A stretch of 64,000 nucleotides of DNA. Origin: Guillardia theta CCMP2712. Lineage: Eukaryota > Protista > Cryptophyta. The notes below the pieces were generated by a model that was given only the letters and a program-made list of their open reading frames with translations, was not told the DNA's origin and searched no databases. The stretch is taken from contig NW_005434637.1 of the NCBI RefSeq assembly GCF_000315625.1, positions 48,505 to 112,504 of the forward strand, written 5' to 3'. This document shows positions 21,121 through 31,509 of the stretch, piece by piece. The translations under genes were made by a program, and so were the position numbers. Every line of letters begins with the position of its first letter. The first letter of the stretch is position 1.

Positions 21121-23055
21121 ATGCCCTTGTTCGCATGGACGGCGTCGGCGGCAGCAACTGAGTTTGTAGATGAGACTGGAACAGGATTTTCTGAGCTGGG
21201 AGGTGACAAGACAGGTGACACATGGTTGACATCATTTTCGAGGCGCTTCTCTCAGCTTGTCAATGGGCATTTTCGGAGTCACCCAGATCCTCATAAGTCA
21301 GATAGGATGAGGATTGCGACTGACTTACTAGAAGAAAATGTCGGTGATGTCAAGATATCAGAATGGCAAGCAACCATGATATTGTTCAAGAGCTCGTTCG
21401 GAATTGGCATGTTGAGTCTACCCTACGCGTTTTCAAAGTCGGGCATGGTTCCAGGGATGATTGCAATCTGCATCATCGCCAAAATTACCAATTTCTCTAC
21501 TAAGCTTCTGGTCTGGAACAAGAGAAAATTGCAGAGTGGAACCAACAGCGTGCTTGGGATCCCAGACATCGCCTACCTGTGCTGGGGTTGGCCTGGCCTG
21601 GCGGTCGCAAGCGCTGTCATCATCTGTTGTCAGGTGGGAAACTGCATCGCGTACACTATCTTCCTCGCTCTCACCACCTCCTCGCTGCTGGAGGAGTCAA
21701 GTGCTGGCTTTGGCATCCTGCAGGAGAGCGAATCACCTTTCATCCCCCTCGCACTGTGCTGGGCGGTGCTTTTCTCTTTCCTGGTGCAGATGAAGGAGCT
21801 CAAGACTTATGCTCCTCTTTTATTCACAGCACAGATAGCTCACATCACAGCCGTTATCACAATCATCTTTTACGGCCTTTTACATGATCACGTGTGCGGG
21901 GAGGTAGAAGTGAAAGTATTCTGCAGCGTCAGAGTTGGAACGCATTGGGAGACGTTTCCAATCTTCCTGGGGATTGCAGTCTTTGCTGTAGAGGGCATTC
22001 CCATGGTTCTAGCGATCGAAAATTCAATGGCAACCCCAGAACGGTTTGAGACTGCATTCGATAGAGCACAGATTTGTCTAGTTTCTTGCTTCCTGGCATT
22101 CGGCGTGATGGGATATTGGCTTTATGGTGATAACACGAAGAGTGTGATTGTTTTGAACGTGTTGGGAACAACCGGGCTCATGGTAAAGGCGCTGCTCTGC
22201 CTGGTCATATCTCTGTCTTACCCCCTCCAATTCATGCCAGCTGGGGAAGTGTTGAAGGCTATCTCGGAGAGCTCTATCTCGAGGAGCATTTACGACGCCG
22301 TTACCCTACGCTACTTCCACGACATGTCGTATCTGGAGTGGAAAGAAAAGTTCTGGATGGTCTTGAAGGTTTGCGCTGTCCTTGGCGGTGCCTGGGTTGC
22401 TATTATTTTCCCCCATTTTGGTCACTTCCTTTCCATATTGGGCTCCATAACGTTTTCTCTCATCACCTTCTTCCTCCCTCCTCTGTTCTACTTGCAGACC
22501 TTCCACTGGCAAGTCAGCAATCGCATGTTGGCAGCTTGTCTGCTTACCTCATGCTTTGGTGTCGCTGTCACATGCGTCGGCCTCTGGAGCAACCTGCTGG
22601 CAACAAGTCACCTGCAGGGGATCGAGCATTCTCCTCCAAACCCGACAAGTCCCGAATTCCAGCAGGCACGGAAAGTCTACAAGGTTGCAGAAGGACAGAT
22701 AGCTCGACAAATCCCCAAGGATATGAAGCATGCATTGATCAAGTACGCCAAGCAAGCTGGGAACAAAGCCATCAAGCACATGATTGAGGACCATGATATC
22801 TCAGGAACAGTCAAGCAGAAGATGGTTTCGAACAAGTCGATGGCGCATGCTGAGGCGGAGCCTCCTTCAGGCACTGCCAACAACTCGGAAGAAGCTGGAG
22901 TCCAACCTGCTCATGCGCTGCACATGGCGCAAGAGGCCCATGCACCTCCCAGGATCATCAACTTTCCATCTCACAGCAGCAACGGCAGCACGAAGGAGAC
23001 GGAAGAGACCGGCGGCCAGCGAGTGGTCTATCGTCCGATTGGGTTGAAGCATTAG
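21121..23055 (+). CDS. AAAP/Aa_trans family amino-acid transporter (SLC36/AVT3-like)
   Basis: LFKSSFGIGMLSLPYAFSKSG, FPIFLGIAVFAVEGIPMVLAIENSM and SYPLQFMP motifs; about 11 TM segments; 644-aa ORF. Confidence 0.93.
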   Translation: MPLFAWTASAAATEFVDETGTGFSELGGDKTGDTWLTSFSRRFSQLVNGHFRSHPDPHKSDRMRIATDLLEENVGDVKISEWQATMILFKSSFGIGMLSLPYAFSKSGMVPGMIAICIIAKITNFSTKLLVWNKRKLQSGTNSVLGIPDIAYLCWGWPGLAVASAVIICCQVGNCIAYTIFLALTTSSLLEESSAGFGILQESESPFIPLALCWAVLFSFLVQMKELKTYAPLLFTAQIAHITAVITIIFYGLLHDHVCGEVEVKVFCSVRVGTHWETFPIFLGIAVFAVEGIPMVLAIENSMATPERFETAFDRAQICLVSCFLAFGVMGYWLYGDNTKSVIVLNVLGTTGLMVKALLCLVISLSYPLQFMPAGEVLKAISESSISRSIYDAVTLRYFHDMSYLEWKEKFWMVLKVCAVLGGAWVAIIFPHFGHFLSILGSITFSLITFFLPPLFYLQTFHWQVSNRMLAACLLTSCFGVAVTCVGLWSNLLATSHLQGIEHSPPNPTSPEFQQARKVYKVAEGQIARQIPKDMKHALIKYAKQAGNKAIKHMIEDHDISGTVKQKMVSNKSMAHAEAEPPSGTANNSEEAGVQPAHALHMAQEAHAPPRIINFPSHSSNGSTKETEETGGQRVVYRPIGLKH

Positions 23056-23111
23056 GAAATTCTTCTGTAAAGCGAAAAATGCAAACAGACAGGCCAAAGA
23101 AACTTTAATAT

Positions 23112-23887
23112 CTATGACTGTGGAGGATTAAAGTTCGAACAGAACCACGACTTGTTTTGGATGCTCTTGCAGTTCCCCTTGATTCTTTCAATTATTCCAT
23201 TGATCACATCCTCGCCCTCCTTCACGTTTCCGAGGAGCTTGCTGGCAGCAAACGACTCGATTTTCTCTCCTATACCAAACCAAGACCCTTTGGCAGGAGC
23301 TGCTGCGAGCAAGCAAAGTAAGAAGAGACAAGTGGCATGCAGATTAACCGAGAATACGGTCACCTTCCGTTGTTGTTTCTGCTGCATGCCTCGGAAACGC
23401 CTCAGCGCTTACATTGATGGTGTAAGCTGTTTGAAAGAAGCTCTCTCGGCTTGAGTGGTACTTGGACAGGCTGGAGCAACCAAGGATGCTGGTAAAGTTG
23501 ATGTTCGATGTCTTGACATCCATCGATCTCTTCTTCGCGTCCACAACAACCTCTTCCAGCAGATATAAAGGCCTGGGTGGATGCAGGTAGTGAGCCACTC
23601 TGACAATACAACCGAAGCATTACTTGGATCCAAAAAAAGGTCTTATATACGACGGCAGTTTCCCTTCCATCGTGAGCAACCTGATACTGCACAGTCGCCC
23701 ATGGCCGTCAATCTTTCGAGATAGCACCTGCACAGATATGTTTCAACAGAATTGGTCTATACTTGCGCAGTATGATAACCTCGACACTCTTTACAAACTT
23801 GTGATTTTCATACTTGTCCCACAGAGCAGTGCTGACAAGCTCGAAGGGATGGAAATACAAGCCATGGTGTTCCAAGGTTCGTGGCAT
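23112..23887 (-). CDS. PRELI/MSF1 (Ups1/Ups2-like) mitochondrial lipid-transfer protein; multi-exon
   Basis: Exons MPRTLEHHGLYFHPFELVSTALWDKY..VKSVEV / VLSRKIDGHGRLCSIRLL..LP / YLLEEVVVDAKKRSMDVKTSNINF / GEKIESFAASKLLGNVKEGEDVINGIIERI follow the PRELI consensus. Confidence 0.8.
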
Positions 23888-24040
23888 GAGGTCAAGAACG
23901 GCTGAAGGAAGACAAGAGAAGCAAGGAGAGGAAACGAGGGAGCAAGGTTTCGTTTTAAGTTTTACACACACATAAAAAGAACTTATGTGAGCTCACATAA
24001 AAAGAGACTTCCTTGATTCAGGAAGGACCACCCTAAGGGT

Positions 24041-24112
24041 CGCCGCGTCTGGGAATTGAACCCAGGTCTCCCGCGTGACAGGCGGGGATACTGACCACTA
24101 TACTAACACGGC
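24041..24112 (-). tRNA. trnD-GTC: tRNA-Asp (anticodon GTC)
   Basis: Reverse complement GCCGTGTTAGTATAGTGGTCAGTATCCCCGCCTGTCACGCGGGAGACCTGGGTTCAATTCCCAGACGCGGCG: 72 nt, paired 7-bp acceptor stem, A and B boxes, CTGTCAC anticodon loop. Confidence 0.97.
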
Positions 24113-24461
24113 AGTCAGAAGCGCAGGTTGTTGCGCTCGCCTTGCACGTGTGCAGGGCCCTAATCATTATATACTAGACCCCGACTGCACAACGCACGAT
24201 CATCGGTGTGAGTGTCACTGCGGTGCCAGCGCCCACGTCACACTGCCCGACCAGGCCGGCCCGGGGTGCGACGGCCGGGCCACACGGGGGTCCGTACTAC
24301 CGTACGGCCGCGGCGCCGGGCAGACTCTCACTCACTGCGGCCTGCCCGTGCCACCGCCGGGCACGTGACTGACCGAATCCGAGTTGGGGACCAGCGACGG
24401 CGGCGCGGGAGTCAATCATGGTTGTCAACTTCAGCGCAAAAGGGTCCCAGGGAGACTCACA

Positions 24462-24532
24462 TGGGGGTATGGGTACGGTACGGTACTGTACGGTAGGGTA
24501 CGGTACGGTAGGGTACGGTATGGTACGGTACG
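24462..24532. repeat. (GGTAC/GGTAG)n pentamer tandem repeat
   Basis: ggtacggtacggtactgtacggtagggtacggtacggtagggtacggta... Confidence 0.85.
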
Positions 24533-25329
24533 GCGGGATATAGAGGGTGGTATCTTCGGAACCTCCGGGCCTCCGCGCGTCGGACTAAGTGGTAGTAAAA
24601 AAAAGAATTGGTCAAAAATTTGTTTCACGTGCTTTAGAGGTCACGAAAAGCATCGTTTTCCCATAAGCTATCTTGATAGGGGTCTAACTGCCGAGTGATA
24701 TGAGTGGGTAGGGTGGTCAATGTACCTCATGAGCACCCCTTCTCTGAATGGTATATAGACGGGTAGAGAATTCAAAGTTTCAAATTAGCAAACCCGTCAG
24801 CACGTGAGCACAAGACCGTAACGTCTTTATCTCAGGTGGTAGGGTAGCGGTAATTGGAGGGGTAGGGTAGAGTGGGAGGCTTTTGGAGAATGATGGGGTA
24901 GGCTTACACCCGTTCATCTCTCGAGCCAATAGGGGGTAGTGGTCCTATCCAGAAAGTGGATTTCTAGCAAATGGGGGTGGTGTAGTTGTGTAGATCATTG
25001 GGGGTAGGGTTCACGTGGTCAGAAAGGGGTACGGATAAGGGCGAACCAGGCGAGGAGAGTAGGTTGAGGACATTGTTGGCTTGCAGGGAGGCAGGGAGGA
25101 ACATAGCGGTTTGATGCAGTGCCGTACATGATGTCCTTGATGATATATGAGTTCTATATTATTTGATACGATCAAAGCATTGAGAATGTGATCGACAAGC
25201 GTGTAGATGAGAAAATATTCGAGTGAAGATGTTCCAATCTGCCATACACACGCTCCTCCACATAAGAAACCTGCCTAGCACTGAAATTTTCTCCTACCAC
25301 CATCGATCTCTTTCTCACCATTCTGGCAG

Positions 25330-28158
25330 ATGCAACAACATCTTGGGCTTCGATTTGGGTTGCTACTTTCTGTGTGCATGCAGATGGTCTCAGCATCTGA
25401 GACACTAGGGATTCTAGATCAAATCAAAAAGGCTGGCGGTGAAAGAGATGCTACCTTGATGATTTACATTCCCGCCGGATTTGCGATCTTGTTCTCTGTG
25501 TATCTCTTCTTCCGCGTCAAGGCAGTATCTATCCTCAAGACGGAGGGAGCATCGGCTGCATCCTTCGAAGAGCTGAAAAACTGTTACGAGACCATCCAAG
25601 CTGGAGCCAAGGCGTTCCTTTGGGCTGAGTACCAAGTGTGCACTATCTTCGTGATCCTGTTTGCGGTGCTTGTTTTTATCCTCACTTCGCGTATCCCCAC
25701 CTTGTCTGCGACGGGAGACTCGTACGAATGGAAGTGGAAGATTGGAGGGCTGACCTGCGCTTCTTTCCTGGTCGGAGCCTTCACTTCCATCCTGTCCGGA
25801 TATATCGGCATGATGGTTGCAGTGTTTGCAAATGGCAGAACCACAGTTGCTGCTCTCGCCGACGGAGGAGCTGGCTGGACAGCAGCCTTCAACGTTGCCT
25901 TCCGCTCGGGAGCGATCATGGGCTTTTCCAACTGTGGTCTGGCTCTCATCATTCTATACGGTCTGTGCCAGATCTACCGCGACGTGTTCACAGACATCAT
26001 CGATGGCAAGAGGTACATCCAGTACACTCAGCTCTTCGAGTGCGTGTCTGGCTTCGGTCTCGGTGGGTCGGCGATCGCCTTGTTCGGAAGGGTAGGAGGA
26101 GGAATCTTCACCAAGGCTGCCGATGTCGGAGCGGACCTCTCTGGGAAAGTGATCGGGTTGGGAGATGGCAAGAAGCTCGACGAAGATTCTCCGTACAACC
26201 CTGCGGTCATTGCTGACAACGTCGGTGACAACGTCGGTGATGTTGCGGGAATGGGAAGCGACTTGTTTGGCTCTCTCGGAGAAGCTTCCTGTGCTGCGAT
26301 GCTGCTGGGTGCAGCAATCGGAGAGATCAGCACGGCTGGATGGTCAGCGCTCATGTATCCGCTCTACATCTCCACCATCGGAATCTGCGCATGTCTTGTG
26401 ATGCACTTCGTCGCTACTGATATCTGGCCTGTGCGATGCGAAACGGACATCGAGAAGGTCCTCAAGATTCAGCTGCTGGGAACTGCTATAATCATGTCTG
26501 GCATCATGTACCCTGTAACCGACGGCTTCCTGCCTAACAGTATGACCATCGACGGCGTCACTCGTCTTGTCACTTCGGACAATGTCTACGGTTGCGTGTT
26601 GTTCGGCATCTGGGCTGGCACTATCATCGGCTTCATCACCGAGTACTTCACCTCGCACACCTACAAGCCTACTCGCGATGTAGCCAAGGCTTGCGAGACT
26701 GGAGCAGCCACCAACATCATCTATGGCATCGCTCTCGGGTACCTCTCCTCTATCATCCCCGTCGGCCTCATCGCAGGAGCCGTATACTTCTGCTTGAAGA
26801 CCACTGGCTTGTATGGCGTAGCTTGCGGTGCTCTTGGCATGCTCTCGACCCTCGCAACGTGCCTCACCATCGACGTGTATGGTCCCATCTCTGACAACGC
26901 GGGAGGCATCGCTGAGATGGCCGAGTTCCCCCCCAACGTGCGCGACAAGACTGATGCTCTTGATGCTGCCGGAAACACGACGGCAGCCATTGGCAAGGGC
27001 TTCGCCATCGGGTCTGCGGCCCTTGTGTCCGTCTCCTTGACCGGCGCATTTGTTGCTCGATGCTCCTTCTCCATGTCGGCAGCCAGCAAGCTCAACGAGC
27101 ATGGGGTCAACCTCATGTCTGCCGTCGTCTTCGCTTTCCTCATCTTCGGTGCGAACATCCCGTACTGGTTCTCAGCTCTTACCATGAAATCTGTCGGAGA
27201 AGCCGCAAACTCGATGGTGCGGGAGGTGGCGAGGCAGTGGGCGGAGATCCCTGGGCTAAAAGACACAGCTTCGCTCGACTTTGACACGCGTGCTGAGAAA
27301 CGTGCAGCTGGAGAGAAGCTGGCGACGCCCGACTACCAGAGGTGCATCGCCATTGCCACAAACGCCTCGCTGAAGGAGATGATTGCTCCTGCTGCCCTGG
27401 TCGTCCTCTCCCCCATCATCGTCGGCTCTCTCTTCGGAGTAGAGGCGGTGGTGGGTCTTTTGGCGGGCGCCATGTCCTCGTCTGTGCAGCTTGCTATTTC
27501 CATGTCCAACACAGGAGGAGCATGGGACAACGCAAAGAAGTTCACGGAGAAGGGAGGACTGAACGGATGGTTCATGTTCAGAGATGGATCCAACGTCAAT
27601 GAGGATGAGTTCAAGAGGAAAGCTGCCGACTACAACGGAGACGAGGTTCTAGTCGTGCCTGATGCGGCCAGGGGAAGCTACTTTCCTCCAAGCATCCCTC
27701 CTTCCGTTGTGGCAGCCCCGATGCCGGGCATGGCGATGATGGGAGCCCCGGCCATGAGCGCGCAGTACATCATGCCGATGACTTCGATCCCTGATGGGCA
27801 GATGCACGTCGTGATGGGAACTGCGTTCGGAGGGGAGGAGAAGCCTCAAAGGCCCTTCAAGGACTGGCTGAACGAGCTCTCCAAGACCGACCCGGCCAGG
27901 CACAAGCGCATCATGCAGGGCGACGAAGGCGTGAGGACGGTAGACGGCAGGACCGTTGTCTATGCAGGCAAGAAATCCAACGTGCATGCTGCTGCGGTTG
28001 TGGGCGACACGGTGGGAGATCCTTTCAAGGACACGTCAGGACCAGCTCTCAACATCGTGATGAAGCTGATGGCTATCATCTCGGTTGTCTTTGCTGACTT
28101 CTTCATGAGCATCAACCATGGCAATGGAGCCTCGCATGCAGGCAATCTGATCTATTAA
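25330..28158 (+). CDS. Membrane-bound H+-translocating pyrophosphatase (V-PPase/AVP1-like, K+-dependent type)
   Basis: Motifs GGGIFTKAADVGADLSGK, DNVGDNVGD, GPISDNAGGIAEM, GNTTAAIGKGFAIGS (Ala at the K+-dependence site), GGAWDNAKK and GDTVGDPFKDTSGP; N-terminal signal-like peptide. Confidence 0.97.
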   Translation: MQQHLGLRFGLLLSVCMQMVSASETLGILDQIKKAGGERDATLMIYIPAGFAILFSVYLFFRVKAVSILKTEGASAASFEELKNCYETIQAGAKAFLWAEYQVCTIFVILFAVLVFILTSRIPTLSATGDSYEWKWKIGGLTCASFLVGAFTSILSGYIGMMVAVFANGRTTVAALADGGAGWTAAFNVAFRSGAIMGFSNCGLALIILYGLCQIYRDVFTDIIDGKRYIQYTQLFECVSGFGLGGSAIALFGRVGGGIFTKAADVGADLSGKVIGLGDGKKLDEDSPYNPAVIADNVGDNVGDVAGMGSDLFGSLGEASCAAMLLGAAIGEISTAGWSALMYPLYISTIGICACLVMHFVATDIWPVRCETDIEKVLKIQLLGTAIIMSGIMYPVTDGFLPNSMTIDGVTRLVTSDNVYGCVLFGIWAGTIIGFITEYFTSHTYKPTRDVAKACETGAATNIIYGIALGYLSSIIPVGLIAGAVYFCLKTTGLYGVACGALGMLSTLATCLTIDVYGPISDNAGGIAEMAEFPPNVRDKTDALDAAGNTTAAIGKGFAIGSAALVSVSLTGAFVARCSFSMSAASKLNEHGVNLMSAVVFAFLIFGANIPYWFSALTMKSVGEAANSMVREVARQWAEIPGLKDTASLDFDTRAEKRAAGEKLATPDYQRCIAIATNASLKEMIAPAALVVLSPIIVGSLFGVEAVVGLLAGAMSSSVQLAISMSNTGGAWDNAKKFTEKGGLNGWFMFRDGSNVNEDEFKRKAADYNGDEVLVVPDAARGSYFPPSIPPSVVAAPMPGMAMMGAPAMSAQYIMPMTSIPDGQMHVVMGTAFGGEEKPQRPFKDWLNELSKTDPARHKRIMQGDEGVRTVDGRTVVYAGKKSNVHAAAVVGDTVGDPFKDTSGPALNIVMKLMAIISVVFADFFMSINHGNGASHAGNLIY

Positions 28159-28296
28159 TTGATAATACGTTGATGAATCTTATGAATTAAAATGATTGAA
28201 AGATAAAGTTATCAAAATCTTATCACCATGTCATGTTATGTTCAGGGCTTCTGGTCATGTGTTTGAACATTTCAATTCAGCCAAGTTGACATGATG

Positions 28297-29652
28297 TCAT
28301 CCTGTTGGGTCAAAGTCATTCGTGCCTGAACTCGCTGAGATCACACACACCTCAAGGGAGACAAGCTTAACATTCTCTGTCGTTTCTTGATTTGCCTGCA
28401 AAAACAAAGTCAAATTGCGCGGTCAGCATACTGATCGTCCGAGTACCTCCGATGCAAGTCTCAGCCAAATCCTCTGAAAATGATCTTTCATGAAGCATTG
28501 AGCAAGGTGTCGTGCCTGCAGTGACGTCATCACGTGCGATTGTTTGCGGCTTCTCACCTGAACTTCAGACTCTTCGACGTTGGTGACTGACGAGCACATC
28601 TCCTTGACAAAGATCTCACAAAGCTTCGCCACCACCATCGGAGTCTCTGCCGCGACCATCTGGCGTTGTGACGCTTCAGTGCTGACTCATCCACTATTTA
28701 CAAGCGATACCGAAACTCCTTCGTACTTCTTGATGTGTCGCTTGATGCCAGCAAGAGGAAGTTTGGTGGCCGAGTTGGTAGAGAGGATTGTATCTGACAG
28801 CACTTTCACATAAATCAAGGCTCAAAAACACAGCGCATACCGCACACTTGGTACTCATCGATGAGAAAGTTCATGTCCTGGTAGGTCGCAATTTGAGATC
28901 ATCTCGTCATCTCGGAACAACAGGTCACCTGCAGCTCGTTGGAGGAAGGCCAGGAACTTGTACTAGTGCTCGAGCAGAGGCTTGAGGTGGAGCTGATGCT
29001 CAGCGCCCGAGCTCGCCTCTTGTCTTGCGGAGTCACTGGCAGTCCCGTGTTGGTGATCTTTGACAGTGACAGGTATCACTTTGAAAGAAATACCTTGACA
29101 GACTTGTGTGTGTGTCCTGTTATCAGGATTGCTGTCGCTTTCATAGCTTGCATCCTCAATCTGAACGGAAAGTTCCGTGGCAGCAGGTTCAAAGACCTAT
29201 ACCGGCGTTACCTTGAACATTTCAGCAACGGTTGGATGTCACCGGACAGGTGTTGGCAGCTTCCACTGTCTTCAACGTATCGACGAGATGCTCAGAACCA
29301 TCGTATTCTACATCTCCGTCAAGTCACTTGAAAACCCAATAACAAAATTAACACACACCGAATTCCGACGAGAACATTTCTTGCAGAACGAATCTGTTCC
29401 ATTGTGGCAAGCTGTTTGAAAACATCAACATCAGCATGATTCTGATCTTGAAATGTTTGAAATTCACCCGCAGTCTGCTGACTCTGACAGACAAACTTGC
29501 TCCTCGACATTAGGTTTCTGATGCAAGGGTTGAAGACATTCGTTGTCAAAATGCTCAAATTCCAAATCATGGTGGCCAAAAATTATCTCATCGCTGATGG
29601 AGCAAACAGCGTCGTTGTCAATGTCTTGATGATCCAGGAACAATGATGCCAT
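28297..29652 (-). CDS. NF-YC/HAP5-like histone-fold protein with long N-terminal extension; multi-exon
   Basis: KLPLAGIKRHIKKYEGVS / MVAAETPMVVAKLCEIFVKEM (about 28600-28770) matches the NF-YC consensus LPLARIKKIMK..MISAEAP..FAKACE.F. Outer exons approximate. Confidence 0.7.
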
Positions 29653-30328
29653 CGTTTGCTGCGCAAGAAAAGCATCAAAAAGTATGATAATCCCATGTCA
29701 AGCTTTATCTTTTGATATCCTATCGCATCAACTATTTCATTTTAGATCACCATGTCTGATAAGTTCCTTATGTTTTCCCCTCATATCGCTTTATCATGTC
29801 TCGTATATCATCTATCTCTTCGTTATGCTCTATGTTCATCGCTGTCCTGTTCTCATCTGCTTTCTAGGTACCTAGTTTGTAATTCTTGTTTTCCTAGTAG
29901 GGTCTGACCGCTCACAACTACTCACAACCCTACCCACCTGGTCTCCGGCCCTCTTCAGACACTGAAAAGGGGGGGTGTCAAGGGGTTCAGAGCGGTCAGA
30001 AATGCAAATGATGGGTCGCATCTGGGGCCTGCTACCTGTTACCCCCTACACAAGACTGTAAAGTACCCCTACCTCATACAACTAATTGCTGTAATAAGAG
30101 TACCCAGCATATTCCACTCATAACAAGGGGCCCGTAGTAGTATACAACTTAGTCGCGGGAGTAGTAGTGGTTGAGTCTCAGTGGAACCGGGGGAACGGCG
30201 GCCCGGCCGCCGCCGTCGGCCCCGGATCGGACGGTCGCCGGTTCCACTGCACTGCGGCAGCGAGTTGCCCGGGCGGACAGGTCTGGAAGCCGGGAAGAGG
30301 AAAGGCTCTGCCGCGACTGATATACTGA

Positions 30329-31487
30329 GGGGAGACTAACGCAGACCAAATTCAATTTCATTCTGGTACTAATTTTAAGTCAACTTGCGCTCGAGGTCGA
30401 AAAAGCAAATTGAAATCCAACTAAAAGTTCATTATATTTGAATTTCAAACGATGCGTTTGCAATTTCCGAATTTCGTCGCCCCTCCCTGCCATGGAAGGC
30501 GGGACGGGCATGTCGCTGGTGGATAACATACCCATCAATGATGGGTCGGATGATTATGAATTTACCTGCAGTGATGGAGAAGAAAGCATTTCCGAATCGT
30601 CCAGTGACGCAACTGAGATCTTAGGTCCACCGCTGAAGAAGAGACATCTTCGGAAAGGGAACAGGATCGGCAACTGGACGAAGAGGAATATGAGCAGGAA
30701 GAGGCTTGATTGGTACGAGTTTCAAAGAACTTTGAGTGACTATCAATTTCGTATATTCTATCGAATGTCTCGCACTGCATTCTAACATCTTTTGTCTCTC
30801 ATTCGTAATGATATTACTGGCAAAGAGGAACATGGAAGGAGGGGCAGTCCACATGGGTGTATCACGGCGGAGTTGAAACTGTCCATGATAATCAGATGGC
30901 TGGCAGGTGGCTCATATTTAAATATTCATCACTTCCATTGAGTCTCTGATTGTGCGGAAGAATGAAGTACTTGTGGCCATCTCGAATTGTGACCGTCCCT
31001 TGCGCATCAGATATCCTGATTTGAAGGACACAAATGCTTTGCAAAGCATCGCCACAGGCTTCAAGATGAAATCTTCTCGTGGCGTTTTTGATAGATGCAT
31101 CGGTGCCATTGATGGAGTACTGATTAAACTGCATTGTATCAAAGGAATGGAGTCGTACAGAGCTGCACGTTATTTCACTCGCAAGGGATACTATGCATTG
31201 AGAACCGTCGATTCCTTTGGTATGGTATACACAACCCGATTAGTACACATGATAGACTTGCTTTCTGCAAAGGAAAACTGGAGGATCTCAACCTCCTCCG
31301 TCCTTCTGTGCGTCGGTAGCTGGCGCCTTGGCAGCATCTTCTTGTAACGCGAAGAAAATGAGGGTAAAATTGGATATTGGATGTTATATTTAGCACTCAG
31401 AATACAAATATTTATGTTTCAAACCGTTTCACGTAACGAATTATTTCAAGATTTGCGAAATTGAATTTGGTCTGCGTTAGTCTCCCC
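30329..31487 (+). mobile_element. Non-autonomous PIF/Harbinger DNA transposon (1159 bp)
   Basis: Perfect 31-bp TIRs GGGGAGACTAACGCAGACCAAATTCAATTTC (30329-30359 and 31457-31487), flanked on both sides by TGA (30326-28 and 31488-90); internal transposase remnant. Confidence 0.95.
30492..31347 (+). pseudogene. Disrupted Harbinger/HARBI1-type (DDE_Tnp_4) transposase
   Basis: FRIFYRMSRTAF*HLLSLI, ELKLSMIIRWLAGGSY, then a frameshift to CIGAIDG..YFTRKGYYAL. In-frame stop at 30783; the C-terminal catalytic half is missing. Confidence 0.9.
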
Positions 31488-31509
31488 TGAGTGGTATACG
31501 AGATTCACA

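Noticed and set aside
23112-23387. Apparent 91-aa secreted peptide
   Set aside because: Its C-terminal half fits as the last exon of the PRELI-family gene, so the signal-like part is probably largely intronic or incidental.
26344-27287. Long antisense ORFs inside the V-PPase
   Set aside because: Shadow ORFs from GC3-rich codon usage on the opposite strand.
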